A DNA stretch of 64,000 nucleotides from positions 4,030,001-4,094,000 of the forward strand of contig NC_058372.1 of the NCBI RefSeq assembly GCF_018350175.1, written 5' to 3'. How positions within the stretch are numbered: the first letter of the stretch is position 1; each line of letters begins with the position of its first letter. The notes beneath the pieces were generated by a model. The model was not told where the DNA came from and made no database searches. It saw nothing but the letters and a program-made list of their open reading frames with translations. Both the position numbers and the translations under genes were made by a program. Of this stretch, positions 62,610 through 64,000 are shown one piece after another. The stretch is from Felis catus. Taxonomy: Eukaryota.

Positions 62610-64000
62610 CATTTCTTGTGGGGTGGCTTTTTTCTGCCTCCTTCCAGAGTTGAGAACAAAATTCTAAGGGTTCTCCTGTTGTTTCTGCCAGAGTGACTGA
62701 CCGGTACCTTCTGGAGTCACAGACACAGCTAATGCCAGTGGTAACCCTGCTTGGGAGCTGCCACGGCTTTAATAAGCTTCAGTAGCATTCACTAGCATCA
62801 CTGGGGACAGAGGCACTGTGCCAGGTGGGGACAATAAGTCCTCCCAAACCCCCAAATCCCTAAACAAGCTTGCCCCGCAAGCTTTGGATAGGTTTGCACC
62901 TTATCAGTCACAGCTCCTGGGACACTGTGCTTCCCGATGTGCTTACCTTACCATGTGACTCCCGGAAACTTCACAGCGATGCCTGGGCCTTGAATTTTCT
63001 GTGAGTTCATCGCCCATCCTTTCCCTTACAGATGCTCCAACAAAGCCTGCGGGGTGTCCTGCAGTAGAATAAGTCTTCATGTGTGTCTTCAATGCAATGG
63101 GCCTGTCTTATGGATGTGGGGAAAGAGAACAGAGAGTAGGTTTGGGCTACTGTCCCATGACTTATGGTGGGGCTGTGCAGGTAGCCTGGGGGAAGCACTT
63201 GAAAGGTCCATGTTGCCCCTCCCACATGAAGGGGGACTTCAGCTGGTGACTCAGTGCCCACGGATATCCTGAAAAAGACATTTGCTCAGTCCAGCTCAGC
63301 ATGGTACACTGCTAGGACCATGGCCAAGGTACCTAAGATGGCGGCCATGTTGGGCACAGCCGCATGGATCAGGGGGCACCACCTTGTTCAATTCTCGGTA
63401 GTCCCCATCATCCACCATGAGCCATTTGGCTTTTTTACTGGCTCTCCTGGGCTGTTGAACGTGCTATGGGCAGGGCATACAATAGCCATTCGGTGCAGTT
63501 CTCAGTGTCTCCGATTCCCTTAGCCCTCATCCCAGGTAATTTATATCGTTTGACAGTTGGACCCTCTTCATGAGGGTGGCGGCTCGAAGGTTCCTAGTGT
63601 CATTTCCATTCAGCACTGGTTTGATTAACCCAGAGGGAGAATTCAAAGATGGAGGTTTTCAGGTAGACCTCGTAGGTTATCAATCCCCAATCTGTCCTCT
63701 AGTATTGGAGAGATGAAAACCTGGTATTCTTGTGAGGGAGGATGCCCACTTCTCAGTGCCAAAAAGACCCTCCTGAGCATAACTGTCTGCCCTCCATAAC
63801 CATCAGTGGCACTGAGGGGCCAGGAAACTTCTAAGGCCTTCAGAATATCGGAGTACCCACCAGAGGCATCACTCTTGGTTTACTTCTGGGGGCCAGTGAA
63901 TGGTGATCTCAACATGGGGACTCTGATTGCCCCCAGTGGGCCCGACCTGGAGACGACTTGGCATGCATCCTAAACCCAGGGCACGGGAGGCACTCACCCT
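62610..64000 (-). mobile_element. ERV-L class internal (pol/RT) remnant
   Basis: Across frameshifts: DYRELNKVVP..AAVPN..D*ANVFFRI..WTFQVLPPGYLHSPTISHG..PLEFCSQLWKEAE, typical ERVL RT and connection motifs. Confidence 0.85.

Noticed and set aside
60730-64000. SCGN exons expected by synteny beyond H2AC1
   Set aside because: No secretagogin-like coding sequence found; presumably outside the window.

Overview
Felid genomic DNA (dense SINEC_Fc-type elements and a felid/carnivore L1) from the edge of the HIST1 histone cluster, reversed relative to my recollection of the human 6p22.2 order. On the left is the 5' end of SLC17A4 on the minus strand: first coding exon at 4090-4212 and a probable non-coding exon 1 with HNF1 sites near 11.9 kb. 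Between 16.4 and 22.7 kb a chain of small plus-strand segments with good splice sites splices into one open frame of about 229 aa that I cannot assign to a known family; this is a candidate unannotated gene. Four H2A/H2B divergent units follow at roughly 10-11 kb spacing. The first (29.4-30.1 kb) is a fossil with its promoter retained. The second (39.4-40.6 kb) is testis-type, with an intact divergent H2B and an H2A that has lost both its start and stop codons. The third (51.0-52.3 kb) is the intact H2BC1/H2AC1 (TH2B/TH2A) pair. The fourth (61.6-62.2 kb) is a decayed TH2B-like pseudogene with its promoter. Also present are an RPS11 retropseudogene with an internal deletion, a 32-nt U2 retrocopy with a TSD inside a Tigger, a full-length dead L1 with a nested SINE, an ERV-L pol remnant and many older repeats. 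Six N-gaps, including both H2A cores, limit what can be seen.
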